Positions 23,770 through 37,075 of a stretch of DNA of 64,000 nt are shown piece by piece. The position numbers were made by a program, and so were the translations under genes. The notes beneath the pieces are model-generated. The model searched no databases and was not told where the DNA came from. It was given only the letters and a program-made list of their open reading frames with translations. Source of the stretch: Octopus vulgaris (taxonomy: Eukaryota); the NCBI GenBank assembly GCA_951406725.2, contig OX597822.1, forward strand, positions 38,440,001 through 38,504,000. The letters run 5' to 3'. Every line of letters begins with the position of its first letter. Within the stretch, counting starts at the first letter, position 1.

Positions 23770-24098
23770 GGTGAAGGTACATGGCTCAGTGGATAGGGCA
23801 TCCGGCTACGATTGTAAGGGCATGAGTTTGGTTCCTAGTGACACATTGTGTTCTTGAGCAAGACACTTTATTTCACGTTGCTCCATTCTACTCAGCTGGC
23901 AAAAATGAGTTGTACCTGTATTTCAAAGGGCCAGCCTTGTCACACTCTGTGTCATGCTGAATCTCCTTAAGAATTATGTTAAGGGTACATGTGTCTGTGG
24001 AGTGCTCAGCCACTTCCAAGTTAATTCCACAAGCAGGCTGTCCTGTTGATCAGACCAACAAGAATGCCTGTAGTCATAACGAATGGAATGCCAGTTAC
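23770..24098 (+). mobile_element. SINE family B with 9-bp TSD, inside a family G copy
   Basis: TSD gtacctaaa at 23761-23769 and 24099-24107. Confidence 0.9.
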
Positions 24099-24377
24099 GT
24101 ACCTAAAACTGCATGATCTAATGTATTTCTCCTAACAGTCGTTGTTTAACCCCAGGTCAATCCTGATCCAGTAGACCTATGATGATCCAGCCACAAACTT
24201 TCTGTCTGTTACTCAGACATGGTGAATTTAAACCTACGTGATCTAATATATTCATCTACTTCAATGCTCAGAATTTTTGCCTTCTTTTCTCTTTTATCTG
24301 ATGATTCATAAGATGAAACAGCAGATATCTTTTCCAAGTAATTTAGTATTCAGCTAAAATACACACATATACATATA

Positions 24378-24664
24378 TAAGGTTGTCAGTTAAAAACTGT
24401 TTGGGTCACCCCCACCATTTATTTTAATCCTCTCCAAAGCTATTAGAATTAACATGAAAAATGTTTGGTTTCTTTTTCCTTCTTTTTTTTTATTAATATT
24501 TTTGGTTTTTGTAACTCTGTTCTTTCTCTAAAACCTTTGTCTATCATTTTTGAAATTTGAATAAATTTTACCTCTTTTCAGACATATGAGGATGGAGTGC
24601 CAAGTAACAGGGGTGCGAGGAGAGAGAGAGAGAGAGAAAGAATGAATTTATCTGACAACCCACG
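24378..24664. mobile_element. Tc1/mariner-type MITE
   Basis: ggttgtcagttaaa ... tttatctgacaacc inverted termini in TA context. Confidence 0.5.
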
Positions 24665-25397
24665 TATATATACACACATGGGTGTAACAGAAGAATCATT
24701 ACTATAGTATTATATACACACTGTATCTATAATGCAATGACATCCGATCTTGTAAAGATCAGATGTAATATATAGACAAACTGAATCACACACACACACA
24801 TTTCTCACTAATTGAATTAAAGAACACCCATATTAAAGACAAAGAAACTGCTATGTGGTCATTCAGCCTACTAAAAATAGCAGCCAAACGGATCTTAAAT
24901 ATCATCTAACCGTATAAATAAAGGGAGAGACACACTGGAAAATGTAGCTCCTGATCTAGAAAAAAGTCAAAATGATTACAGATTGAACAGCTTTTGATCA
25001 TAGATCTGCCTGATTTAAGTTGACCAAGGGTTAAACAACCCCCTATCTCTCACAAACTTACACTGACAGAGACACTTTTTTCACATATATTCTGCAACAC
25101 ACACACACACCTACAGACAACTCGCCAAAATTAGGTGACATACACAGAGACACCCACAAAGACAACTCGCCCACATTCTGCTACACTTCTCCCCTCCAAC
25201 ACAGATACCTACACACATGTGCGTGTTCACACACACACACACACACTAATTATCTCTTTAACTACTTCATTACTGATTACTAAATCAATATTGACTATCC
25301 AACGGAAGTTGTATGATGTAGAATATTGCTGTTGTTGTAGTTGTTGAGAGAGAGAGAGAGAGAGAAACATAGAGAGTGGTATATAGATAGATATATA

Positions 25398-25455
<58 letters not shown>

Positions 25456-26444
25456 TACATATATATATATCTATGCATGTATATATGGAGAGATTGAGAA
25501 AGAGATGGGAGGAGGCAGTGGAGGTGGTGAGAGGCAGTCATTTACATCAAATCAATACCATCATAGTGAGATAGTTAATGAGGGAAGGAGGTGGGGGAGT
25601 AATTCTCTTTATCTATTTCAATTGGTTCAGGTTTCACATCTGTCTCTTTCCCCTCTACCCCCCTCCCTCCCTACATCCATTCAACTGCGAAACCTCCACC
25701 CTCCACCTCCACTTAAATACCACCACCTCCTCCCCCATCCACACCCCCATCGCTGTTCCACTCTACATATCAAACTACCCAGGCGATCAATTTGCTACCA
25801 CCACCACCATCATCCTCATCATCAACAACTTCATTGCTTTTGCGCATTATTGGAGCCCCCTGCCCCCCGGCCAACCAAATTACCATAGGTGGCTTATCCC
25901 AATTTGGAACCTTAATTTAGATGACATTTTATTGTTATTTATTTTTTTGTTTTATTTTTATCCCCCCCTTTTTTTTTTACCTGATATAAGCCTTTACTGC
26001 TAGGCATTTCAACCTTGTTCTCTCCCCAACATCTTTGACTCTTGTGGTCAATAAAAGGAATCATCATTTTATCATATTTACCATCACCGTTTCATGCCAC
26101 AATAAGATGCACCCAGAGGTTGGTAATAGGAAGGGCATCCAACTGGCTCCTGACCCCATTCTAATGATGGAGTGCATTAACTCTGAATAAACACGATCTT
26201 GGACCATCATAACTCCCCTAACCCATGCCAGCATGGAAAATAGATGTAAAATAATGATGATTATTGCAACAAAATCATCATCATTATTATGATTACATCT
26301 TTAATAATCTATAATGAAAATAATTGTGGTAATAATTTCTTTTATATACTACAGGGGCCAGAGGTAAGATGACATTTCCAGGACATACTGCAGGAAAAAA
26401 AGAGGGGTGTAACTAGAATTGATTGTGAATAAATGTGTGTGCGT

Positions 26445-26480
<36 letters not shown>

Positions 26481-26559
26481 GTAAGTATATGGTAAAGGAA
26501 TAAACTGAGATGCTTCAATACAGGTACAGCCACCTGAGAGCCAAAGAAGGAACCCTTCG

Positions 26560-27290
26560 AATTCAGAATTACACAACCACCAAGGGCAAGTATTCTCTCC
26601 TAGCTGTGTTCTTCAATCTTCAGGTGCATGCTTACAATAGGCCCTTCCACCTTGGGCCATACTAACCACTCATACCTGACGTTTTTGTGATGGAGGGCAA
26701 AACCTCCCTTGTCATTTGCATCTGCCTCTCCAAGTGTAACTTGGAAACATTGATGAGTGTTTTGGTTTGGCCAAAGGAGAAAGTATCAATCTTTTTCAGC
26801 CCTTTCAAACTTGACCATCATACAATCTTTTACCATTGCCATAAAATTGATGAAGACTGTCGACCAAGCAGACGTTGCTTTACATTAAAGTGATCAATGA
26901 GAGTGCTTTGCACTGAAGATCACTGCTAAGTATTGATGGTGAACCTTATTGAAAGCTTTGTACTGATCCAAGTGAATCAGAGCCCCATCAATGCCAGGTT
27001 TATTACCTACACCCCCTCCACAATGAATGGAGAATGTTGTAGATAGATCTACTAAGAATGGCACAGGTTTGCATTCAGTTGACACATTACTGACATCCAC
27101 TTTGCAAGTAACTTGGCAAAAATCTTTAAATAAGAGTTCAATACAATTATAGACTGGGCATTGATGATATCCCCTTGAGTAACACTCACCACATCTTGGT
27201 TAACACCTCTCAGAATGTACTTAGTCTAGAGGGAACAACTAATCTGGCAGGCATGTATAAAGGTGAAAGAACGGATCATCTAAACCAGGC
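26560..27290 (-). mobile_element. Internally deleted L1/Tx1-clade LINE relic
   Basis: GALIHLDQYKAFNKVHHQYL (Tx1-type LDQxKAFDxV RT motif) followed by C-terminal-like LINVSKLHLERQM. Confidence 0.7.
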
Positions 27291-27854
27291 AGATGCTGGT
27301 GTTGTTCTTTTAGCAGCAGTCCAACTTTTCTGCCAAAAGCTGTGACATGCCACTGAGATGGTTACTAGTCACCAATATCTCTAAATAATTGGGCAATGTG
27401 CTCACACATCTGGTTGGAATTGATTAGAAATACCTCTGTCATGATCCATCATGTAATTTTAATACCGTGTCTTGTTTCTGTCTCTCATGCTCATAAAACA
27501 GCTATCATCCTGCTGAGTCTAAGATCAACAATACCAACAACAACAATAATAATATTATTATTTTGAAGTCAGTAGATGATATAATGGGTAGAGTTCCCAG
27601 ACAAAATATTTTAGGACTGGTCTGATTGATAAAGATATCATTACTCTTGGTTTACAAATAAACTAGGTATAAACATGCCTTTATCAACCTTTATTCAATT
27701 CTAGTCATGGGCTGTGATTCTGTTACTTGATTTAACACGACCATCTGGCCCCTGTGTGTCTTGAGCAGGATACTGTCTCTTACAAGTAATGAAAATAGGT
27801 TTCCAGCCTGAGATATGTTGACGTATTGTTTCCATTCACAGCAACCCACAATCT

Positions 27855-28060
27855 AAGTAGGTGCTACAGTGAGGTACACGCCACAACTGTAAATAGGTAC
27901 AACAGTCAGGTGTAGTCCCTAATTACAAGTAGGTACCATACCAAGATGCAAGATACCCAGCTGTTAGGAGGTAACAAAGCTTACATAATCTACACGTAAA
28001 AAGCTACCACACTAAAAGATAGTCCACTCAGTTATAATTGGGCACTACAGTGAAGTGCTT
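27855..28060. repeat. Degenerate minisatellite of about 36 bp
   Basis: Recurring aagtaggtgctacagtgagg / aaataggtacaacagtcagg / aagtaggtaccatacc units. Confidence 0.45.
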
Positions 28061-28435
28061 GAGTGTCTGTTGATACTGAAGTGGCTAAGAGATGCAACCA
28101 ACACCAAGTAGTTTGTTGGTATCAAAAAATTACAGATATCAATAAAAGCAGTCTGCAGGAGAAGGCTTCATGGTTGTGCTTTCCTGGCTGTTCTGCTACT
28201 GATGTGCTGTTACAGTGAGGTCCTTTAGCACATTTGGTGTCATTTGGTCCAGTGCTAATCCATTTATATCTTCAAACAGAGATAGTCAAGTAGCTCATGC
28301 AGTATGAGGGAGTGGAGACAATTGAATGAGAGATTAGTGTTATACAACACACTGTCCACATTGTGTTGATGGCTTGTGACACAATGACACAATCCTCTTT
28401 GTTGTTATTAGGTGCTTCAAAGTAGAACCACTCAC

Positions 28436-28492
28436 CGCTGTAAGACGTAGCAGGATAAAAGAGAAGAGTGTTTCGTCAATTTGCTATACTGA
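28436..28492 (-). other. Candidate alternative non-coding first exon
   Basis: Minus strand TCAGTA Inr-like motif at 28492-28487, three CpGs, ends cagcg|gtgagt. Confidence 0.25.
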
Positions 28493-28822
28493 ACTTTGGT
28501 CTTTTGTGAGTATTGGGCCATGCTAGAAGAATCACTAACAACAACAATTGGAACCATGGTAGAAGCACTAATAACAACTCAGACCATGATAGAGGCAGTA
28601 ACAACATGGGATCCATGATAGAAACACTAATATTTTGGGCCATGTACAACTATACTTTCAGTTGTATCAATTCCATTACAGACCAGAAATTGGATTAAGA
28701 AGAAAACTAAAAATCCTAATACAACTAAACTGCCCTAAATCATTGGAGATGTTGAATACCTTGATGTATTTTCAATGAGGCCTTTTAGTATTTTCTTGTA
28801 CATCACCAAAGTAAACTCTTAA

Positions 28823-29038
28823 CCCATTAGCAGCTAAAAATGACCATATCCAGCCAATATATTCTACTTGTTTTATGATTAAAATGGCCAGATCTGGCCT
28901 CTCACCCCTACCCTACAATGTCATTTTAAAAACAAACACTCATGGAAATCTCAAAGATATGAGATAATGCATGATTAATTAAAAACAATGTGGATAAATA
29001 AGATTTACATTTGACAAAATAATCTGAATGCCAAAGGA
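28823..29038 (+). mobile_element. piggyBac-type MITE family F
   Basis: TTAA|cccattagca ... tgccaaagga|TTAA. Confidence 0.75.
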
Positions 29039-29584
29039 TTAAACATCAACAGACCGAACACAACAGGTGAGCACAGCCAACCTGCCTGCATATGTGGGAT
29101 TGATGTATTTTGGGTACATCGTTATTCACAACCTCAGTAATAACATTGTAAATGTCCTCATTAATTGTCCAAAGACATTCTCTCTTCCATACATATTTGA
29201 TAGGATGTTATTGTCCAGTGGACAACTCACAGAACACAACAATACTTATTGTATTCTAAACACAGATAACAATGTCTGGTCTGTTAGGCCTTTATGTATT
29301 TTATTATTGATATTTCATTCCAATGTTCCATGGAGTATGTGTGTTCATATGTGTGATTGCATGCACATATATTTATAATCTGTTTTTTTTAAATATTTTT
29401 GCATAAAAACCCAATGCTCAATACACACCTATGTTGGAAGCATATTGGCTCCAACCTCTGTGTGTATATTTGTGTTGTAACTGGGATTACACACACATAG
29501 AGGTATGAAAGAGCAGGTGAAAAGTAAATATCTTACTTTAGTGTGTGTTTATAATCCTTATTACTTCACATACAAACATATATG

Positions 29585-29640
<56 letters not shown>

Positions 29641-29799
29641 ATAAATATATACAATACATATAAATATTTTATATATGCATGGATAGTAGGACAGAATTAC
29701 AGACACTAGAAATAAATAAAATGACAATAGGATGTATAGTGTTAACTTATGTGAGAGCTTTCGTATGACGTGAAAGGGTTTAAGCAGTAAAAGACGTTG

Positions 29800-30300
29800 G
29801 GTATCAGCAGATATATCTAAAGGGAGACAACTGATTTTAAATTGACCTGCAGGAATGAGAGTGTTAAGTGTTGGTTGGTCATGGAAGTTCCCAATGCCTG
29901 ACGAAGAATGGACAGAGGGATTTAAGAGGTTAGATCTCAGTTAACTGAGTGTCACAAAAAGGATAGTAAATTACCAATACAAGTATTGACCGGCCGATTT
30001 GTCCAACCCATTTCACCATTTTTTGATTTTTGGAGTAAGTGGGAAGAATCACCAACCATGACTGTTTTGTTGGGTTTCCGAGACTAGGACAGATGACCCT
30101 AGTGTAGTTGTTGTAGGAATAGCACAGAAATAATAGATTGGTATCCAGCATGCTGGATATCTCTAGAACCCGCTTCAAACCCAGGTTACATTTACTCTGA
30201 TAATTGGCAGTAACTTGGTCAGTGAATCTTCTGTGATGGTTGACAATCAATAGCAAGATCAACTGCTATAGATCAGACTATCTAGGAGTGTGTGGACATG
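29800..30300 (-). mobile_element. Possible highly decayed LINE 3' fragment
   Basis: Weak NLLFLCYSYNN...FFVRHW...GQFK resemblance to CR1/L2 C-termini. Confidence 0.3.
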
Positions 30301-30444
30301 TGACTGGGGACCACATATGAACTTGTATTCCAAGTGAAACTCCGAACATGAACTCTACACTACTCAACAGTGAATGACAACTGACTACAAGACCGAGCAG
30401 GAAAGACTAGTTGACCAAAGTCAAGCAGGAACCTATTGTTCAAC

Positions 30445-30649
30445 AAACAGCGGGTTCTAAAGATATCCTGTGGCTTTATCAATCGCATTCTCACCTGGAA
30501 TCGATTTTTGTAATTTTTTCAAGACTTATACACGCCCTGACACCGTCGGTATCTACATATCAAATTTGAGTGCAATCACATGGAGGATGCCCGAGATCCT
30601 AGAAGATACACACACACACACACAGACAGAACGGATTTTATATAATAGA
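30445..30649 (-). mobile_element. Non-autonomous Helitron 5' portion
   Basis: Minus strand starts TCTATTATATAAAA followed by (tctg)/(tg)n, typical of Helitron 5' ends. Confidence 0.5.
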
Positions 30650-30819
30650 TATGCATGCTAATACAAGACCCACATTAGACCCCTCACTTGTATCACTATT
30701 GAACCAAGAGTTTAACTACGGTCTGTCCATAGCACTTACTTAGCGTTACCTGCCACTCTTTGGGTCTTCTAGATACCAATACATCTCATATATATATATA
30801 TGAGTGTGTGTGTGTGTGT

Positions 30820-31160
30820 GTGGCCAATGCTGGTGTCGCATAACTAGCATGTAAAAGTCACCTTTCAAGTGTTGGGCCTCATGGAGGCAATGACAATTGA
30901 CCAAGACCTTTGGCAATATGCTGTGCTTGAGAAGAAGACTCATCAAGCCAAGTGAAATTATAGTTGTGGTAGATACTGGTGTCACACAGCTTGCAAAAGC
31001 ACCCATTACACTCTCGGCGTGGTTGGCATTAGGAAATGCATTCAGCCGTAGAGGCCATACCAAATCAGACTGGAGTTTGGTGCAGCCTCTCAGCTTACCT
31101 ACTCGGGTCAAACTGTCCAATCCATACCAGCATGGACAATGGATGTTAAATGATGATGAC
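30820..31160 (+). mobile_element. Family D retroposon
   Basis: ggttggcattaggaaatgcattcagccgtag ... tgttaaatgatgatga. Confidence 0.8.
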
Positions 31161-31409
31161 ATAATGTGTATATATATGACTTATCTTCAACATGCTCCAA
31201 CGGTGGTGCCTCAGCATGGCCGTGGCCTTCGGGCTAAAACATTTTTAAGGATTTAAGGATGCTGAATCATAGTGCCAAATTACTGCTAAATTCACACCAA
31301 TAGATTCTTTCTTTAAATCCCTCTCTTAGTCAACAGAGTATGTTGGAAGTAGTGGTGATCAGAGAGAGAGAGGGGGGAGGAGGAGAATGGAGATGGGAAG
31401 GAGTGAGGA

Positions 31410-31471
<62 letters not shown>

Positions 31472-31556
31472 ACATTCTTTCAGGCTGATCCCTGCTGTTT
31501 GCAGGAGGGACAGCTATCCCAATATGTGGACACATGACAAAATAGTATTATAAAAT

Positions 31557-31762
31557 ATTCTTTTCCACTCTAGGCACAAGGCTCGAAATCTTCGGGGAGG
31601 GAGGGGCCAGTCGATAGATGACTCCAGTACGCAACTGGTACCTAATTTAAGGATGAAAGGTAATGTTGACCTTGGCGGAATTTGAACTCAGAACGCAAAG
31701 ACAGATGAAATACTGCTAAGCATTTTGCCTGGCATGCTAATATTTCAGCCAGCTTGCAGCTT
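31557..31762 (-). mobile_element. SINE family C
   Basis: ggcacaaggc...gaatttgaactcagaac...gccagct. Confidence 0.8.
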
Positions 31763-32302
31763 TTATATTATAAAATTATAAGAAAATTATTATAAAATAT
31801 TGCATACGCACACACACAGAGCACTGATGTAGAAACACTTGCTCACAGATTTGTACTTAATTAAAATTATTTAGGAATCTGTGTAATGATATGGCATGTG
31901 TATACATATATGTCACACATACATGTACACATACACACACAAACACATTATGTCCAAGGTTCTGTGGAGACAAGTGAGATAGGAGGGAACGAAGTGCTTA
32001 CAGCAATTAACACACTGTTATGATTTCATTGTGAACAACAATATTTAACTTGCCACTTGCAGCTGTTGTTGTTGCCATGGTGATGAAGAAAGAGAGAGAG
32101 AGACTGAGAGAGAGAGTGTCACACATCTGATTAATTCCAACATAGAGAGGATGTATTGGTAATAATCTCCAAGACATTTGGAATTGTTCAACTGGCGTGA
32201 GAGAATATTTTCCAGTTGTCAACAACAACAACAACAATCCATGAGTCAAGATGAGGTGGGATAGGGGAGGGGTTCAAAATAGTCACTTGACAGGTTTGAA
32301 AC

Positions 32303-32608
32303 TGGTACTCCATCGGCTGTGATGACAAATGTTCCAGTTGATCCAATCAACAGAACTGCCTGCTTGTGGCTGAGCGCTCCACAGACATGCATACCCTTAA
32401 TGTAGTTTTCTCAGGGAGATTCAACATGATACAGAATGGGACAAGGTTGGCCCTTTGAATTAGAAGTACAACTCATTTTTGCCAACAGAGTGGACAGGAG
32501 CAATGCGAAATAAAGTGTCTTGCTCAAGGACACAACACGTAGCCAGGAATTGAACTCATGACTATATGATCATGAGCCAAATGTCTTCACCACTAAGTCA
32601 TGTGCCTT
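32303..32608 (-). mobile_element. SINE family B
   Basis: Reverse complement of 2432-2755. Confidence 0.85.
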
Positions 32609-32771
32609 TACTAACAGGCTAGAAAGAGCAGACAAAATCTCACAAAAATAGAATCACCCTATATGTGCCCTTACATTGGATATTGTAATTCCAGATGCTT
32701 TTGAGGTAGCAAGATTGTCATGAAGTATATTAGATCAGAGAATTGCCGAATTAGGACTGGCCTGGTGTTAA

Positions 32772-33380
32772 CCCTTTAGCATTCAGATTTCTTGGACAAA
32801 TATAATGCTTAGGAGTGGCTGTGTGGTAAGTAGCTTGCTTATGAACCACATGGTTCCGGGTTCAGTCCCACTGTGTGGCACCTTGGGCAAGTGTCTTCTG
32901 CTATAGCCTCGGGCTGACCAAAGCCTTGTGAGTGGATTTGGTAGACGGAAACTGAAAGTATATATATGTATGTATAAGTGTGTGTATGCTTGTGTGTCTG
33001 TTTGTGACCCCAACATCGCTTGACAACCAATGCTGGTGTGCTTACATCCCTGTAACTTAGTTGTTTGACAAAAGAGACTGACAGAATAAGTACTAGGCTT
33101 ACAAAGAATAAGTCCTGGGGTCGATTTGCTTGACTAAAGGTGGTGCTCCAGCATGGCCACAGTCAAGTGACAGAAACAAGTAAAAGAGTAAAGAGTAAAG
33201 AGAGTATATTGATACGAATTAATTGTGCATTGCGTTAGAGCTTTGAGATTTTAATGACATACAAGTATTTATGATTAGAATAATATTGTAGGTTACGTGT
33301 GAGAGGTCAGATCTGGCTAATTTGAAGGTAAAGCAGGTAAATTATTTTGGCCGGATATGACCAGTTTAAATGCTAAAGGG
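32772..33380 (-). mobile_element. piggyBac-type MITE family F, interrupted by SINE-A
   Basis: TTAA|ccctttagcatt ... aatgctaaaggg|TTAA perfect 12-bp TIR. Confidence 0.85.
32811..33205 (+). mobile_element. SINE family A inside a piggyBac-type MITE
   Basis: Same head and tail as 632-1038. Confidence 0.9.
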
Positions 33381-33667
33381 TTAAACAGCAATGAGTCAAA
33401 GCATGAACAGTGACAACAACAACAACTACTGAATTAGGGAGCAATGAACCCCTAGAATTATGAAATAACATCCTACACCATTCTCTGAACACTAACCCTT
33501 ATTATTCCTCAATAATTGTTGTCTTGCCAGTGAAGACCATTTCTTAGGGACTCCTTGCATGACATTCCTAATATCAACTAATGTTATTCCTCAAAGAAAT
33601 CTAATGACATCTTTCATCTTACATTCTTTACATTTGACAGGTATTTGTCCTCATCTTGTTTGTTGTT

Positions 33668-33713
33668 AACACAACGTTTCGGCTGATATACCCTCCAGCC
33701 TTCATCAGGTGTC
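33668..33713 (-). ncRNA. Minimal type I hammerhead ribozyme motif
   Basis: Minus strand: gacac CTGATGA a ggctg-gagggtatat-cagcc GAAA cg TT gtgtt. Helix I gacac/gtgtt, helix II ggctg/cagcc, vestigial palindromic helix III (AACGTT), UH = UU. Confidence 0.7.
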
Positions 33714-33881
33714 TTGGGGAAATTTCGAACCTGGGTTCTCATTCCTAAGGTATTTTTCGATGTTATTATTATTATTATTATTATTATTCAGGTCACTGCT
33801 TGGAATCGAACTCGGAATCCTGGGGTTAGTAGCCCATGCTCTTAACCACTACGCCATATGCACGTGGGCATATTTCCCCAA

Positions 33882-33927
33882 GTCACCTGATGAATGCTGG
33901 AGGGTATAACAGCTGAAACGTTGTGTT
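33882..33927 (+). ncRNA. Minimal hammerhead motif, inverted-arm copy with weakened stems
   Basis: gtcac CTGATGA a tgctg-gagggtataa-cagct GAAA cg TT gtgtt; core intact, mismatches in helices I and II. Confidence 0.5.
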
Positions 33928-34149
33928 AACAACAAACAAGATTAGGACAAATATCCGACAAATGTAAATTCCTCATCTCTTAAATATAGAACTAGTTTGC
34001 ACTTGTTCCACTTTCAAGTTGAGAGAACACCAATAAATGAAGAGAAAATCCCAACAGAATTTGAACTTAGAATGCAAGGGTACATAACTAAACACTGCAG
34101 TACATTTGGCTGGTATCCCACCACTCCACAGACCTAATGAGACTACTAC

Positions 34150-35370
34150 TACTACTACTACTACTACTGTTTTTTAAATTTTGGCACAAGGCCAGCAATT
34201 TTAAGGGGAGGGGTTGTTTAGCAATGACCCTCAACCCCAGTTGTTCACTGGTACTGTATTTTATTAAGCCCAAAAGGATGAAAAGGAAAGCTGACCATAA
34301 TAGGATTTTGTCTCTGAACACAAAGGGCTGAAAGAAACACCCTTAAAAAATTTTTCCCCCATACTCTAATTAGTTTGTCAGCTGTCATAATAATAACAAT
34401 GATGATAATAATAATAATAATAATAATAATAGTAACAATAATAATAGGACAGTTAAAATTTTGAGATTGGTGCTTGGGTGTTGAGTGTCTTCCACAAAAA
34501 GTCAACATCCAAGTACCAAAGCTTTATAATTTGCGGAAAGAGACCCTGTGAGACCTCTGACAACAGGTTGCTGTCCATTCTCCACAGAATCAACCAGAGC
34601 AAGTAAGACCAAGAACTCTGAGAAGTAAAATAATAATAATAATTTTATCAACAACAATTCTTTCTAATTTTGGCATAGAAGGCGGGTAAGTTGACTGTAT
34701 TGACCTTACTGCTCAAATGGTACTTATTTCCATGACCCTTAAAGAATGAAAGCTGACCCTGACAGGATTTGAGCTCAGAACCATAAAGCTGGTTGAAACG
34801 CTGCAAACATTTTGTTCAGTGTGCTCATAATTCTGCCAGCTTTCTGCCTTAACCCTTTCATTACCAACCTGGCTGAAACTGTCTCTGGCTCTGTAGTACA
34901 AATGTTTTGCTTTTATAAGTTTTGAATTAAAATCTTCCACCAAACTTTAGTCACAGTTTATGTTCCTAACACTAACTTAATGATAGCTAAGTTATTTTAC
35001 TAAATTCTTTGTTATATTTAAAATTAATTGAAAGAAACACAGAGCATCCCAAAATAAATATGGTAACAAAGAGGTTAATAATAAATTCTTTCTACTGAAG
35101 GCACAAGTTGAAGGAAAGGAGTAGCGGATAACACCGACCCTAGTGTTCAACAGGTATTTATTTTATTGACCTGGAAGGATAAAAGGTAAAGTTGACCTTG
35201 ACGGAATTTGAAACCAAAATGTAAAGACAGACCAAAGGCCACTAAGCATTTGGTCTGACATGCAACGATTCTGCCAGCTTGTTGCATTAACAATAATTCC
35301 TGCTCTAGACAGAAAGCCTAAAATTTGTGAGGAGTGAGCTAATTGATTATACCAATCCAGTATCCAACTG
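34150..35370 (-). mobile_element. Cluster of decayed SINE-C copies among (AAT)n tracts
   Basis: Copies at about 34170-34385, 34660-34849, 35085-35285. Confidence 0.7.
34853..35074. mobile_element. Second TTAA-flanked MITE family
   Basis: TTAA|ccctttcattacca ... tggtaacaaagagg|TTAA. Confidence 0.7.
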
Positions 35371-35797
35371 GCACAAATACTGAAATAAGACTGCAATGGA
35401 ATAAGTTCCTCATTTGAAACCAGACAGGAGAGCAACAAGCGCCAGATCCTTGTTGGTAGAGATAATTATATGGTCTACTAATTGTTACTGCTAATTATAT
35501 GATTTATTTATTATAATTATAGACAGGCTTTTATCAGTAGTAACAGTTAACTAGCGACCAATTAGGTCAGTGATATGTTCATAACTGGTGGCGGTGGGGT
35601 TACGAGGAACTGAAGGGAGTGGAGGTCAGTCAAACGATGGAGAAAGAATAACAAATGTGAATTGAAAGAGACAGATTTGATATATATACATTATATGTAT
35701 GTATATATATACGTATGTATGTATGTATGTATATATATATAACCCACGCTAGCACGGAAAACAGACGTTAAACGATGATGATGATGATACATATATA

Positions 35798-35841
<44 letters not shown>

Positions 35842-35977
35842 CATACATACATTTTACACATATACATAATTACATATATACATACACATACATACAAATA
35901 TATACTTACATATATATTTACATGTATGTATATATATATATATATATATACATACACACACACACATACACTGATGC

Positions 35978-36731
35978 TTACAGCAGTGCTTGGAAGGAAC
36001 ATGTGTAGCGTGTGATCATCACATTGACTATGACAGAGAAGTTTTGTCTTGGCGATATCTGCCTAGAGGTCAACGCAAAGTTGTAGAAAGTGTATGGAGA
36101 GGAGTGTATGAGCCATATACAAGTGTGCAAGTGGTTCAGATGTTTCCAAGATGGGTGACAAAATGTCAACAGTGATGAATGTTCTGGGAGACCCGCAACC
36201 AGCAGAACTGAGAAAAACATCTCAGATGTGCATGCAGCTGAGAGGGGAAATCATTGAATCACCATCTGTGAGTTATCAGAGGATGTGCAGATTAGTTACA
36301 ATTCAGTCCAGTCCATTATCAGTGAAGATTTGGGTATGAGATGTGCATCTGCCCAAGTTTGTGTCCAAACTGCTTTCAGCTGACCAAAAGGCACTTAGGC
36401 TTCAACTGCACAAAATCTCCTTAATTGTGTTGAGAACGATGAAAACTTTTTGAAAACTTTGCGTAGGCCTCTGAGAAGGTATTGCCAAGCTTTTCGCAAA
36501 ACTTGATGCAGATTCTCTGCTCAACTTTCTCTGTCATGGTCAGTGCAATGATCACATGCTACATACCTTCCTTCCAAGCACTGCTGTAAACAGTAGAAGC
36601 GAGCTAGAATGTTAAAACTTAGTGTGCATGCTCATTAGACTTCACGGTCAATCTGTACCAAACGGCTTCACTTTGCATGTTTTATCTTCATTACTATGGC
36701 AACAGTCCGGATACTTATTGATCAGACTACA
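35978..36731 (+). mobile_element. Mariner-derived non-autonomous element with its 5' end duplicated in inversion
   Basis: Plus frame KVYGEECMSHIQVCKWFRCFQDG...SGRPATS...ITICELSE...QSIISEDLGM (Mos1-type HTH). Inverted arms 35978-36043 and 36523-36589; minus arm encodes MTEKVEQRICIKFCEKLG and ends in TIR-like gtctgatcaataagtatccggactg. Confidence 0.85.
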
Positions 36732-36860
36732 TATATAGATGTGTGAGTGCATGTATGTATGTATCTAGATATATAAACAGACAGATAGATAGATAGATAA
36801 ATCTTATCATTCACTTAAAAAACTTTAGTCAAATGAATTGACCCTATATATTGTCCTTAA

Positions 36861-37075
36861 CCGTTCAGTATTCAGATTTATTCTGTCAAATATAATACTT
36901 ATATATTCACATTATTTTGAATTACTCATGCATTATCTTGTAGCTTTCAGATTTCAGTGATGTGATGGTTTATTTTTAGAATGACATTGTTGAAAAGGTG
37001 TGAGAGGCCTGATATGACTAGTTTGAACAAAAAACAAGAATATTTGGGTGAGGCTGGATATGGTTGGTTTAAAAA
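36861..37075 (-). mobile_element. piggyBac-type MITE family F, one end decayed
   Basis: TTAA|ccgttcagtattcaga plus shared internal sequence. Confidence 0.6.

Larger units (their letters stand above)
33625..33993. mobile_element. Fold-back tRNA-headed, hammerhead-containing (Penelope-like) non-autonomous element, copy 2
   Basis: Same sequence and layout as 14218-14715; centre atatgcacgtgggcatat; plus arm ends in the same tail cctcatctcttaaatatagaact. No TSD seen. Confidence 0.8.

Noticed and set aside
33790-33862. tRNA gene
   Set aside because: A/B boxes are present but the acceptor stem is poor and it runs into the repeat body; it is an element head. The same applies to the SINE-A and SINE-B heads.
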